A stretch of DNA of 32,000 nucleotides, taken from the NCBI GenBank assembly GCA_018267215.1, contig JAFDYX010000024.1, forward strand, positions 73,240 to 105,239, given 5' to 3'. Below, one piece after another: positions 1-8,132 of the stretch; the stretch's first letter is position 1; the number at the start of each line of letters is the position of its first letter. The DNA is from Bacteroidota bacterium (GTDB taxonomy: Bacteria; Bacteroidota; Bacteroidia; Cytophagales; Cyclobacteriaceae). The notes under the pieces were generated by a model that made no database searches, was not told the origin of the DNA, and saw only the letters and a program-made list of their open reading frames with translations. Both the position numbers and the translations under genes were made by a program.

Positions 1-259
1 TTGGTTACCAGCCATCAGCCTGGCTTGTTATGTGGTTGTTGCTATCATTTGGTTAATCCCCGACCGCAGGATAGAAAAGCAAATGCGATAAAATAAATAA
101 AACCATTAGTGTCCATTAAAAGTATTCAAAGCGTTCTTTGAAATCTTGATATACATTAAGTTGTAAAGCTGGTAAACTAACTCGTCTATTCGTTGTTCTT
201 ATTTACTACTGTGGATTTCCTGCTTTTACAAAACTATTTACCGTTAATCTGTGTACGTC

Positions 260-297
260 AAAATTCTGCCGATTGCAGAGAACGAATTTTTTTGTTT
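260..297. terminator. Candidate bidirectional intrinsic terminator downstream of the PIN toxin gene
   Basis: Stem TTCTGC (264-269) pairs with GCAGAG (275-280), 6 bp including one G-U, with a 5-nt loop. An A-run lies on the left (261-263) and a T-run on the right (287-293), so a U-tract follows the stem on either strand. It sits about 20-50 nt beyond the minus-strand stop at 317. Confidence 0.3.
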
Positions 298-316
298 AAG
301 TGCTCTTGTACTTTCT

Positions 317-772
317 TTAATGGTGTAACCTTTTTAGTTTATCGGTAAACAGTTTTTTAAACTCTTTTTTGTACAGGAATTTTAAGTGGGGATATTTTTT
401 GTAAAGCGTGGTTTTGTTGTTATGAAAGGCTTCATCGTCCTCGCTTACTAAGTAGCCGCTATTTGTTTCTAAGGCTAATGCAAACACAAAATCGTCACCG
501 GGGTCGGCAAGTATTCGTTTTTTTATTGGCTTGTTTAGTTTGTGTTCTGTGAAAAATTCTTTTATGAACTCAACAGATTTTTTTACATCAATGTTTGCCT
601 TTGTCAATCGTGGGTATTTAGCCACACGCGAAAATTCATCTAACAGTTCTTTGCAATAGTAAAACTTTGTGTCCGGAAAATATTCAAGTATATCAAGTAA
701 AAAATTAAGGTGGTTGACTGCAAAATATCGTATCAAAATATTACAGTCCAGCACAAACTTATTTACCCGCAT
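317..772 (-). CDS. PIN-domain toxin of a type II toxin-antitoxin pair (PIN_3 / TIGR00305-like)
   Basis: 151-aa ORF with an ATG start (770-772). N-terminal VLDCNILI acidic motif and C-terminal DPGDDFVFALALETNSGYLVSEDDE block, matching the rDpdDd..lalA....yiVT.D pattern. The start overlaps the upstream small gene by 14 nt. Local AT-rich composition. Confidence 0.8.
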   Translation of the reverse strand: MRVNKFVLDCNILIRYFAVNHLNFLLDILEYFPDTKFYYCKELLDEFSRVAKYPRLTKANIDVKKSVEFIKEFFTEHKLNKPIKKRILADPGDDFVFALALETNSGYLVSEDDEAFHNNKTTLYKKYPHLKFLYKKEFKKLFTDKLKRLHH

Positions 773-971
773 TTTCTTTTCTTAACTTGTGCTTTATCTT
801 TTCAAGTGCTTTCGCACTCGGCATTCTAAAACCTTTTTCGGGGTTTGCCAATTTTACATTGCGCCATTTTTCAAGTTTAATAAGCTGCAAAACTCGTTCA
901 AGCTCTTTTCTTGACAAATCTTCAATCTCGTTAAAGATTTCGTTTTTATATTCGTTTGTTGTTAAGTTCAT
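759..971 (-). CDS. Small putative antitoxin partner of the PIN toxin (family not recognised)
   Basis: 70-aa charged helical protein starting at the ATG at 969-971 (MNLTTNEYKNEIF...). Its stop overlaps the toxin start by 14 nt, the usual antitoxin-first coupled layout. The longer 105-aa ORF version adds an implausible Cys/Phe-rich extension. Confidence 0.5.
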   Translation of the reverse strand: MNLTTNEYKNEIFNEIEDLSRKELERVLQLIKLEKWRNVKLANPEKGFRMPSAKALEKIKHKLRKENAGK

Positions 972-1142
972 TGCTTTTAAATTTTGTACAGTAAAAATAC
1001 AAAAAGCAAAAGAAAGAAAAATCAAAGCTTTTACGCCTTTTCCAGATAGACTTAGCCTGAAGCACGTAATCCGCAAACATTAAAGCAGCACGAAAGGCTA
1101 ATCCATTACACAAACGGTATCGGATAAATTAGCAGGCAGTTT

Positions 1143-1150
1143 TACTTTTG
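1143..1150 (+). promoter_or_regulatory. Candidate Bacteroidota -7 promoter box (TAnnTTTG) for the M28 peptidase gene
   Basis: TACTTTTG is an exact match to TAnnTTTG and lies 17 nt upstream of the ATG at 1168. No convincing -33 TTG was seen. Confidence 0.35.
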
Positions 1151-1167
1151 AGAATAACCTTCGCATT

Positions 1168-2766
1168 ATGAAACAAAACCTGTTAACGATTTCATTGATT
1201 GCATTGACTGCTTCGGTTGTGCTAGCGCAACATACCGAGAAAGTTGATACGGCCACTTTCTCTAAAATCAAGAAAGAAGAGATGAGCAACTCCAAAGTAA
1301 TGGAGATACTCAGCATGCTCACCGATGTACACGGCCCGCGCCTTACCAACTCACCCGGACATAAAAGGGCAGCGGAGTATGCCCGATCAACCCTTGCCTC
1401 GTGGGGATTGCAAAACGCCAGCATAGACCAGTGGGACGAAGAGTTTGGCAGAGGCTGGCAACTGAAAAAATTTAATCTGCAAATGCAGGAACCCACAACC
1501 TTGCAGGTGATCTCTCATCCCAAAGCATGGTCGCCCGGAATAAAAGGCACCGTTACCACCGAAGTGGTTTACCTCGATGCGAAAACAGAAGCAGATTTAG
1601 AAAAATACAAAGGCAAACTAAAAGGCAAGATTGTGCTGCTCAGTGCACCGGTGGCAGTAAAGCCCGGCTTCAAACCCGATGCTACCCGCCTGAACGATTC
1701 GCTCCTTTTAAAGATGGCCAACGCCACACTCGACAACAGCGGCAATGATGGTTTCTTTTTTAGAAGACCCAGCGGAGCCATGTTGCAAGCCATGAAACTG
1801 AGCTACGCCAAATGGCAACTATGCGAAAAAGAAGGAGTTGTTGCCGTATTGGAAGCCAGCCCGGGCTCGCGTTTGGAAGACGGCACCATCATGGTCAGTG
1901 CAGCTACCATTCCTTATCCGCCCGATGTTCCCTTCGATAAAAGAGTGCGCGCCCAATCGGCCAATGCACCTAAAATTTTACCGCAAGTAGTTGTTTCCGA
2001 TGAGCACTATAATCGTATGGTAAGGTTGGTACAAAAAGGTATTCCGGTTAAAATGGAAATGACATTGGAAACTGAATTTACACCTGCCGCCAACGGCTTC
2101 AACGTCATTGCCGAAATTCCCGGAACTGATTTAAAAGATGAAGTAGTGATGATCGGTGCACATTTAGATTCCTGGCACAGTGGCACAGGCGCTACCGATA
2201 ATGCTGCCGGCTCGGCTGTGATGATGGAAGCCATGCGCTTGCTGAAGTCGCTGGGTGTAAGCCCGCGCAGAACCATACGCATAGGCCTGTGGGGAGGCGA
2301 GGAACAAGGCCTGATCGGCTCGCGTAACTATGTAAAAAGAACATTTGGCCAGCGCCACGACCGCATGCGCCCATACGACTCTATCGAACTAAAACCGGCT
2401 GCAGCCAAATTTTCTGTTTATCTGAACATGGATAACGGCACCGGAAAATACAGAGGCATTTATCTGCAAGAGAATGAAGCGGCTGGCCCGGTGTTCCGCA
2501 TGTGGTTTAAACCGTTTAACAAAATGGGCGCAGCCACCATCACATTGGATAATACAGGAGGCACAGACCACCAATCATTTGATGCCATCGGCCTGCCGGG
2601 CTTTCAGTTTATACAAGACCCGATTGAATATGGCAACCGCACCCACCATACCAGCATGGATGTGTACGACAAAGCCATTGAAGACGACCTGAAACACAAT
2701 GCGATGATTACGGCTTCCTTCGCCTGGCAAGCTGCTAACCGCGATGGTTTATTTCCTAGAAAATAA
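1168..2766 (+). CDS. Secreted M28-family aminopeptidase with PA (protease-associated) domain
   Basis: 532 aa. Signal peptide MKQNLLTISLIALTASVVLAQ. PA-like KGKLKGKIVLL segment. M28 zinc-site blocks VMIGAHLDSWHSGTGATDNAAGSAVMMEAMRLL and GLWGGEEQGLIGS, plus a late HHTSMD. Confidence 0.88.
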   Translation: MKQNLLTISLIALTASVVLAQHTEKVDTATFSKIKKEEMSNSKVMEILSMLTDVHGPRLTNSPGHKRAAEYARSTLASWGLQNASIDQWDEEFGRGWQLKKFNLQMQEPTTLQVISHPKAWSPGIKGTVTTEVVYLDAKTEADLEKYKGKLKGKIVLLSAPVAVKPGFKPDATRLNDSLLLKMANATLDNSGNDGFFFRRPSGAMLQAMKLSYAKWQLCEKEGVVAVLEASPGSRLEDGTIMVSAATIPYPPDVPFDKRVRAQSANAPKILPQVVVSDEHYNRMVRLVQKGIPVKMEMTLETEFTPAANGFNVIAEIPGTDLKDEVVMIGAHLDSWHSGTGATDNAAGSAVMMEAMRLLKSLGVSPRRTIRIGLWGGEEQGLIGSRNYVKRTFGQRHDRMRPYDSIELKPAAAKFSVYLNMDNGTGKYRGIYLQENEAAGPVFRMWFKPFNKMGAATITLDNTGGTDHQSFDAIGLPGFQFIQDPIEYGNRTHHTSMDVYDKAIEDDLKHNAMITASFAWQAANRDGLFPRK

Positions 2767-2796
2767 TCAGAGCGAGTTATTGTAGGCTATGTTGTT

Positions 2797-4179
2797 TTAT
2801 AATCTGAAAAGCATCGCGAAAATAACCCGGTCTTCAAAATGCGAAAGGTCGGGCGCCCAGTTAGGGTAGGCAGTGCCGGGGCCAAATGCAGTTGTTGTGT
2901 AGCCGGTAGGAGATGTAATACCTCCGTGCCCTGCAAAGTAGGGCACGGAGGCATGGCGGTGTACAAATTCTATTCGCCAGGTGATACTCTGATTTGGCAT
3001 CCAATCAAAATTGGTAGAGTAATCGAACCCGTTAAACTGGCTGCCGGGGTTTGTATTAAATGGATGGGTGCCTTCAGTTTTGGTGGGGTTGTTGGGGTTG
3101 GGGAGCGGGCTGGCATCGCCTGTGGGGTACAGCACTAAGTAACGTCCCGGGTTGTTGATAAACCCGCCTCCGATAGTCCAGGCAAAACGATTGTGGTTAA
3201 ACCACACACGGTTGTAAATCATCCCACTTACAAAATATTGGGCAGGACCCTTAGCCGGGTCAGTTGAACTATGGAAGCCATTAACGCTGTCTCCTTTTTC
3301 AAAGCCAATATCGAACGTAAGCGAAAAGGCAGCTTGCGATATTCCTTTTGAATAGGGTTTGTTGATGTACCGTCCCAGCAAACTGTTGTCGGAGTGAACA
3401 CGCACACGTCCCGGCTTTCCACCGGTATCGGTTCCATAATAATCGTTGGTAAGCAGTTTAATGTTGTCGTTAGGTATCCAGGTGATGTTGCCTCCAAAAC
3501 CCGGCATATTGTTGTACCTGGCGTAGCTCTGCCAGCCGTTGATGATCCACGGTTCAATCTTCAAGTGCTTGGTAGGAAAAATCTGAATTCTCATACCGTT
3601 GAAAAACCAAGGTGTGTTGTTGGAAGTGTAGGAAGACTGGTACTCCCAGTTTTCTACTTGATAGTATGAGTTGAGCCCGATGTAGGAAACAAACATGCCC
3701 ATATCCACATTGATGCCGCGCCATTTATCAAAATGATAACCGGCATAGGCTTCGGCAACATACCGATAGATGTTAGCAAGTTGGTACTGCCCCCGGTACT
3801 GGCTGTAGTCATCGCGGGGGATAACCGTAGAGTTAGTGCCCATCTGCAAAAACAATTTTCCGCGTGCATTTTTATAATTGAATTCACCTCCTATTACTCC
3901 CAGCGCCAGTTGTGTTTCGTTGTCGCGCGCTAGCGAGGTAGAACCCACTACGGTGTTGTCAATAGGGTTGGCAAATGAATAGGTGTAGTTTACATCTAAC
4001 ATAACAGAGCCTGTAAAGTACTTTGTTTCCATCACGGACGTTGTCGTGCGCCTGTCGCCACCATTGTACCACGACTGGTCTAACCCCTCAAAAGGAGTCT
4101 TTGACTTGGCAGAGTCCACCTGTGCATGAGCGTAAAATGTAAACAGTAATGACAGAATGAAGAGTGCTTTTTTTTTCAT
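2797..4179 (-). CDS. Outer-membrane beta-barrel protein (porin-like), last gene of the K+ cluster
   Basis: 460 aa. Signal peptide MKKKALFILSLLFTFYAHAQ. Gly/Tyr/Asn-rich alternating beta-strand pattern throughout. Co-directional with kup, 71 nt downstream of it. The exact family was not identified. Confidence 0.6.
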   Translation of the reverse strand: MKKKALFILSLLFTFYAHAQVDSAKSKTPFEGLDQSWYNGGDRRTTTSVMETKYFTGSVMLDVNYTYSFANPIDNTVVGSTSLARDNETQLALGVIGGEFNYKNARGKLFLQMGTNSTVIPRDDYSQYRGQYQLANIYRYVAEAYAGYHFDKWRGINVDMGMFVSYIGLNSYYQVENWEYQSSYTSNNTPWFFNGMRIQIFPTKHLKIEPWIINGWQSYARYNNMPGFGGNITWIPNDNIKLLTNDYYGTDTGGKPGRVRVHSDNSLLGRYINKPYSKGISQAAFSLTFDIGFEKGDSVNGFHSSTDPAKGPAQYFVSGMIYNRVWFNHNRFAWTIGGGFINNPGRYLVLYPTGDASPLPNPNNPTKTEGTHPFNTNPGSQFNGFDYSTNFDWMPNQSITWRIEFVHRHASVPYFAGHGGITSPTGYTTTAFGPGTAYPNWAPDLSHFEDRVIFAMLFRL

Positions 4180-4250
4180 CGTATGGATCAGTTGAATTCC
4201 TTAAGCTGAAAATGAGTTTAGCTTGGTGAGGTAACTATGTGGCGAACGGA

Positions 4251-6218
4251 TTACCGCGAACTGTGCGAATGAGGAAGAGCCGGAGTGCGGGTAATGTTTA
4301 CATTCTCAATCATATTGTAAACCAACGGTATCTGCTCTTCTACCACATCGCTTTTGTCGAGACCAAAAGCTTTCTCATCGCTTTGACTCAATTTTTTAAG
4401 CAAGAAATATCCGTTCAGCAATAACCCTTCGCGTACGGTAAATTCATTTTCAACTGAAAGGAATTTTTCGATGATCACAAATTTAAAATCCGGCTCCGAA
4501 TTGTATTTGGTGGAACCATCGGGTCTGATGTGCAGGTTTAATTCTTTGTTGGCTACCAGCTCGCGCACAATTTTTTTGAAGAATAACTCCGACCGGGGTT
4601 GTATGCGAAATCCGATGTTGATAGTAACTTTAATCACCTTGTCGTCCACCAACTCACTCACTTCATAATTCAGCGTATAGGGTTCGTCCGTACGGTGCAG
4701 ATGCAAAAACCAATATACGTCTGCCCGTTTAGGTTTTTTTGAAAGAATAGAATTAACAATTTTTTGTTCTATCTGTTCCCGGTGGTTAGCCTTGGTCAGG
4801 TAAATGAGGTGGGTGGCAAACTTCGGAATGGTGTCGTCTTCACTCAGTTCTTGGATCAGCGAAGTGTATTTTCCCAGTTCAACAAAGTGCACCAGCCGGT
4901 TATTGATCTTGCGGGCATAATACCAAACGTACATCACTAAAAAAATGAACAGCTCAAAAAACAGGAACATCCACCGCTCCTTTATTTTTGCCACGTTGGT
5001 TATGAAGAAGGAAGTTTCTACACAGACGAACAACAAAAGAATACCGAATACCAACACCTTATTCCATTTTTTGCGCAACAGCAAGTAGTAGGCCAGCAGC
5101 AGTGTTGTCATCATCATAGCGATAGTGATGGAAAACCCATAGGCAGCCTCCATGTTAGAGGAAGTTTGGAAATATAAAATCATCAGCACACACCCAAACC
5201 ATAAGATGGTATTCACGCTGGGAATGTATATCTGCCCCTTCAGGTCAGTAGGCTGGCGCACCGTTACCCTCGGCCAGAAGTTGAGGCTCATGGCTTCGTT
5301 AATTAAAGTAAAAGATCCGCTGATGAGTGCCTGCGATGCAATGATAGTGGCCGCAGTAGAAATGACGATGCCGGGAATCAAAAACCAGACGGGCATCATT
5401 CCGTAAAACGGATTGATGTTATCCAATGAAGTCTGGTGGCGCGATAACATCCAAGCCGCCTGTCCGAGATAACAGGAGATCAAACAGACCTTTACAAAAA
5501 ACCAGGTGATGCGGATATTTTTTTTGCCGCAGTGCCCCAAGTCGGAATACAAAGCCTCTGCTCCTGTTGTGGAAAGAAAAACAGCACCCAAAAGCCAAAA
5601 CCCATGTGGGTAATGTGCCAGCAGCCGATAGGCATACACCGGGTTGAGCGCCTTAATAACTTCCGGCATCTGGATAATATTGACGAAACCGATTACCAAC
5701 AACATGACAAACCACAACGCCATGACCGGGCCAAAGGCGCTGCCGATTTTGTAAGTGCCAAACCGTTGGAAGAAAAAAAGCATGGACAGGATAACGACAA
5801 CAATGGGCACCGTAGGGATATCGGAAAGAACCATCCCCAATCCTTCTACGGCCGAAGCCACAGAAATTGGAGGTGTAATGATGCCGTCAGCCAGCAAGGT
5901 GGTAGCACCTAAAATAGTTGGTATCACCAGCGCTTTACTGTACCTTCTCACTAAAGCATACAATGAAAATACGCCACCTTCTCCATCGTTGTCGGCCATG
6001 AGCGTCAGCACAATATATTTGAAAGTCGTTTGCAGAGTGAGCGTCCAAAAAATACAAGACACACCACCTAAAACTAGTTCTTCAGATACAGGCCTGCTGC
6101 CGATCACGGCACGCAAGGCATACAAAGGGCTGGTGCCGATATCGCCATAAACAATACCTAAAGCAACCAGCAGAGACACAGTTGTTACTTTAGAGGAAGG
6201 ATGGTTAGTCTTGTTCAT
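4251..6218 (-). CDS. kup: KUP/HAK/KT family potassium uptake transporter
   Basis: N-terminal hallmark LGIVYGDIGTSPLYA, then DNDGEGG and GAEALYSDLGHCG blocks, about 12 TM segments and a cytoplasmic C-terminal domain. The tracked ORF begins at TTG 6236; I prefer the ATG at 6216-6218 (MNKTNHPSS...), 4 nt after the regulator stop. Confidence 0.92.
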   Translation of the reverse strand: MNKTNHPSSKVTTVSLLVALGIVYGDIGTSPLYALRAVIGSRPVSEELVLGGVSCIFWTLTLQTTFKYIVLTLMADNDGEGGVFSLYALVRRYSKALVIPTILGATTLLADGIITPPISVASAVEGLGMVLSDIPTVPIVVVILSMLFFFQRFGTYKIGSAFGPVMALWFVMLLVIGFVNIIQMPEVIKALNPVYAYRLLAHYPHGFWLLGAVFLSTTGAEALYSDLGHCGKKNIRITWFFVKVCLISCYLGQAAWMLSRHQTSLDNINPFYGMMPVWFLIPGIVISTAATIIASQALISGSFTLINEAMSLNFWPRVTVRQPTDLKGQIYIPSVNTILWFGCVLMILYFQTSSNMEAAYGFSITIAMMMTTLLLAYYLLLRKKWNKVLVFGILLLFVCVETSFFITNVAKIKERWMFLFFELFIFLVMYVWYYARKINNRLVHFVELGKYTSLIQELSEDDTIPKFATHLIYLTKANHREQIEQKIVNSILSKKPKRADVYWFLHLHRTDEPYTLNYEVSELVDDKVIKVTINIGFRIQPRSELFFKKIVRELVANKELNLHIRPDGSTKYNSEPDFKFVIIEKFLSVENEFTVREGLLLNGYFLLKKLSQSDEKAFGLDKSDVVEEQIPLVYNMIENVNITRTPALPHSHSSR

Positions 6219-6222
6219 AATT

Positions 6223-6906
6223 CTATTTACTGACAAACCGATAACCTACACCGGGCTCAGTTAAAATATGGGTCGGGTTGTTGGGGTTGGTTTCTATTTT
6301 CTTTCGCAATTGGGCAACAAATACCCGCAGGTACTGAGATTCATTTTTATAGGATGGCCCCCACACTTCATTTAAAAGATGATGGTGGGTGAGCACCTTA
6401 CCTTCTGCTTTTGCCATCAGTATAAGGAGCGAGTATTCTGTGGCAGTGAGTTTAATGATCCGGTTATATTTTTTTACGATGCGCGCACCGAAGTCAATGA
6501 ACAAATCACCGAACTCAACAACAGGCGAATTTTCGTCCAGTGCAGATTGGCGCAGCACCGAACGGATGCGCGCCAGCAACTCGCCCGTGCGAAAGGGCTT
6601 GACTAAGTAATCATTCGCTCCGTTATCAAGTGCCGCTACAATATCTTCTTCACTATTCAGAATGGAAAGGATGATGATGGGATTGGAATACCACTCGCGA
6701 AGGAGCTTTAATACTTCGTGCCCACTTTTATCGGGCAAGCCCAGGTCTAATAATATAATGTCAGGCGGGTGGCTGGCGGCAGTAAGCATCCCTTCTTTAG
6801 CATTTTCGGCCATTGCCACTCGGTAGCCGTTCGATTGCAGCGTGATCTCCAACATCTTTCTGATGGGGGCTTCATCGTCAATCACCAAAATAGACGGGCT
6901 ACTCAT
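6223..6906 (-). CDS. kdpE: OmpR-family response regulator, KdpE-like
   Basis: 227 aa. Receiver domain ILVIDDE...DIILLDLGLPDKSG...DYLVKPF, plus a winged-helix output LTATEYSLLILMA...GVGYRF. Closely parallels E. coli KdpE as I recall it. Its start overlaps the kinase stop by 8 nt. Confidence 0.85.
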   Translation of the reverse strand: MSSPSILVIDDEAPIRKMLEITLQSNGYRVAMAENAKEGMLTAASHPPDIILLDLGLPDKSGHEVLKLLREWYSNPIIILSILNSEEDIVAALDNGANDYLVKPFRTGELLARIRSVLRQSALDENSPVVEFGDLFIDFGARIVKKYNRIIKLTATEYSLLILMAKAEGKVLTHHHLLNEVWGPSYKNESQYLRVFVAQLRKKIETNPNNPTHILTEPGVGYRFVSK

Positions 6907-7987
6907 TTTTCAAACGTGTTAAATAAGAAACTTCTACTTCAAAAGTCATGGTAAACTCAGCTCCTCCCGAAGAAAGATTGCACAGCGTAATTCTTCCTCC
7001 TTGTGCTTCCACAAATCCTTTTACAATAGATAGACCCAGTCCGGTTCCTCCGGTTTTTGCACCTTTCAGGCGATAAAATTTTTCAAAAACTTTTTCAACT
7101 TCATCTTTCGGAAAACCATGGCCCCGGTCGGCCACTACCAGTACGAGTTTTTCGTTGACACAAGTAGCCTTGATTTCTATTGAAGTGCCTGACGGGGTGT
7201 GTTGGATGACGTTACCTAATAAGTTAGCAAGGATCTGCTCCATCAAACCATAATCTAATTTAAAGAGCGGAAAATTATCGGGAACGGAAACAGTTATTGG
7301 AAACCCTTTCAGGGAATCGCCCAGCCGGTTGATAACATTGTAAACGAGCTCGGATACATCAACCCAATCTTTTTTGATTTTAAAAACCCCCGACTCCAGC
7401 CGCGACATATTTAAAAGATTTTCTACCTGATGGTTCAGCCGGAGTGCAGCATTTGAAATTTGCTCAATTAACACCTGTTTGTTTTGTTGCGATAGTTTCT
7501 CGTTTGCGGCCGACAGGTTATCGCAGGCACCAATGATGGTGGTGATGGGCGTTCGCAGTTCATGCGAGAGCGAGTTGAGCAAAGTATTATAATATTTTAC
7601 TGAATTGGCTTTCTCTTCGCGCTGGCTGATTTCTTTTTGTGCATAACGTATTTTAGCCGAGAGTACGCCATGTACCAGTGCCACGATAAAATAAGTGGCA
7701 AATAGAAGCTGGTCTTCTGTGTTTTTTATTGCGAATGTAAATTGAGGAGGGATAAACAGAAAGTCCCACAGCAATGCACTTAAAAAAGCTGAAAGGATGA
7801 CCGGCAGAATATCCAGAAAAAGAGATAGTAACGAAACGCAGAGCAGCAACGCAAAAGCGATGACACGGTAACCTACACTTTCGCGAACGATAAGCCCGCC
7901 TGCAACGGCAACACCAACTACTGCCAAAACTACCAAGTATTGTTTAGTTTTTGACTGATCCTGCAGAATGAGCCCCTTCAATTTCAT
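6899..7987 (-). CDS. Sensor histidine kinase equivalent to the KdpD C-terminal half (DUF4118 membrane module + HisKA + HATPase); lacks the KdpD N-terminal/Usp sensor
   Basis: 362 aa. Four-TM DUF4118-like N-terminus (...LLWDFLFIPPQFTFAI...). H-box LSHELRTPITTI. N box LLGNVIQHT. G boxes DRGHGF and GGTGLGLSIV. Confidence 0.85.
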   Translation of the reverse strand: MKLKGLILQDQSKTKQYLVVLAVVGVAVAGGLIVRESVGYRVIAFALLLCVSLLSLFLDILPVILSAFLSALLWDFLFIPPQFTFAIKNTEDQLLFATYFIVALVHGVLSAKIRYAQKEISQREEKANSVKYYNTLLNSLSHELRTPITTIIGACDNLSAANEKLSQQNKQVLIEQISNAALRLNHQVENLLNMSRLESGVFKIKKDWVDVSELVYNVINRLGDSLKGFPITVSVPDNFPLFKLDYGLMEQILANLLGNVIQHTPSGTSIEIKATCVNEKLVLVVADRGHGFPKDEVEKVFEKFYRLKGAKTGGTGLGLSIVKGFVEAQGGRITLCNLSSGGAEFTMTFEVEVSYLTRLKNE

Positions 7988-7991
7988 ATCT

Positions 7992-7999
7992 CAAATGTA
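7992..7999 (-). promoter_or_regulatory. Candidate -7 promoter box (TACATTTG on the minus strand) abutting the kinase start codon
   Basis: The minus strand reads TACATTTG-AGAT-ATG, an exact TAnnTTTG match only 4 nt from the ATG (7985-7987). This implies a leaderless or near-leaderless transcript. Confidence 0.3.
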
Positions 8000-8041
8000 G
8001 ATCACTCATTATAAACTTGTTGTAAAAAAGAGAGCAACACG

Positions 8042-8062
8042 TATAAAGATTTTATAAAGATT
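8042..8062. promoter_or_regulatory. Tandem direct repeat TATAAAGATT-T-TATAAAGATT (11-bp phasing); candidate KdpE-like binding site
   Basis: Two exact 10-bp copies at 8042-8051 and 8053-8062. They lie 55-75 nt upstream of the kinase ATG, in the divergent intergenic region. OmpR-family regulators bind direct repeats one helical turn apart. Confidence 0.35.
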
Positions 8063-8132
8063 GGATGCTTCGTTACCCTCGATTTTTTCCGGAGTGATCT
8101 TTTTTTCGAGATAATCTGATTATTATTGAATA

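Noticed and set aside
1-93. Possible 3' end of a plus-strand gene entering from the left edge. Frame 2 reads WLPAISLACYVVVAIIWLIPDRRIEKQMR with a stop at 89-91, which looks like the end of a membrane protein.
   Set aside because: Only about 29 codons are visible, and frame 1 is also open to 91-93. No family can be recognised, which is too little evidence for a feature call.
759-1083. The long 105-aa version of the antitoxin ORF (start 1076) and the opposite-strand 98-aa ORF at 787-1083.
   Set aside because: The extra 35 N-terminal residues are Cys/Phe-rich and run into the promoter region. The plus-strand ORF is a low-complexity antisense shadow of the antitoxin. The ATG at 969-971 gives a compact, coupled TA layout.
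1098-1496. 132-aa minus-strand ORF overlapping the 5' end of the M28 peptidase gene.
   Set aside because: It is antisense to a well-supported, motif-bearing gene and has no recognisable motifs. This is a typical shadow ORF.
7988-8132. Looked for a c-di-AMP (ydaO/kimA-type) riboswitch or other long leader upstream of the K+ operon.
   Set aside because: The region is only 145 nt and AT-rich. It has no ACGGGGA-type conserved cores or extended pairing. The only structured signal is the 11-bp-phased direct repeat, reported separately.
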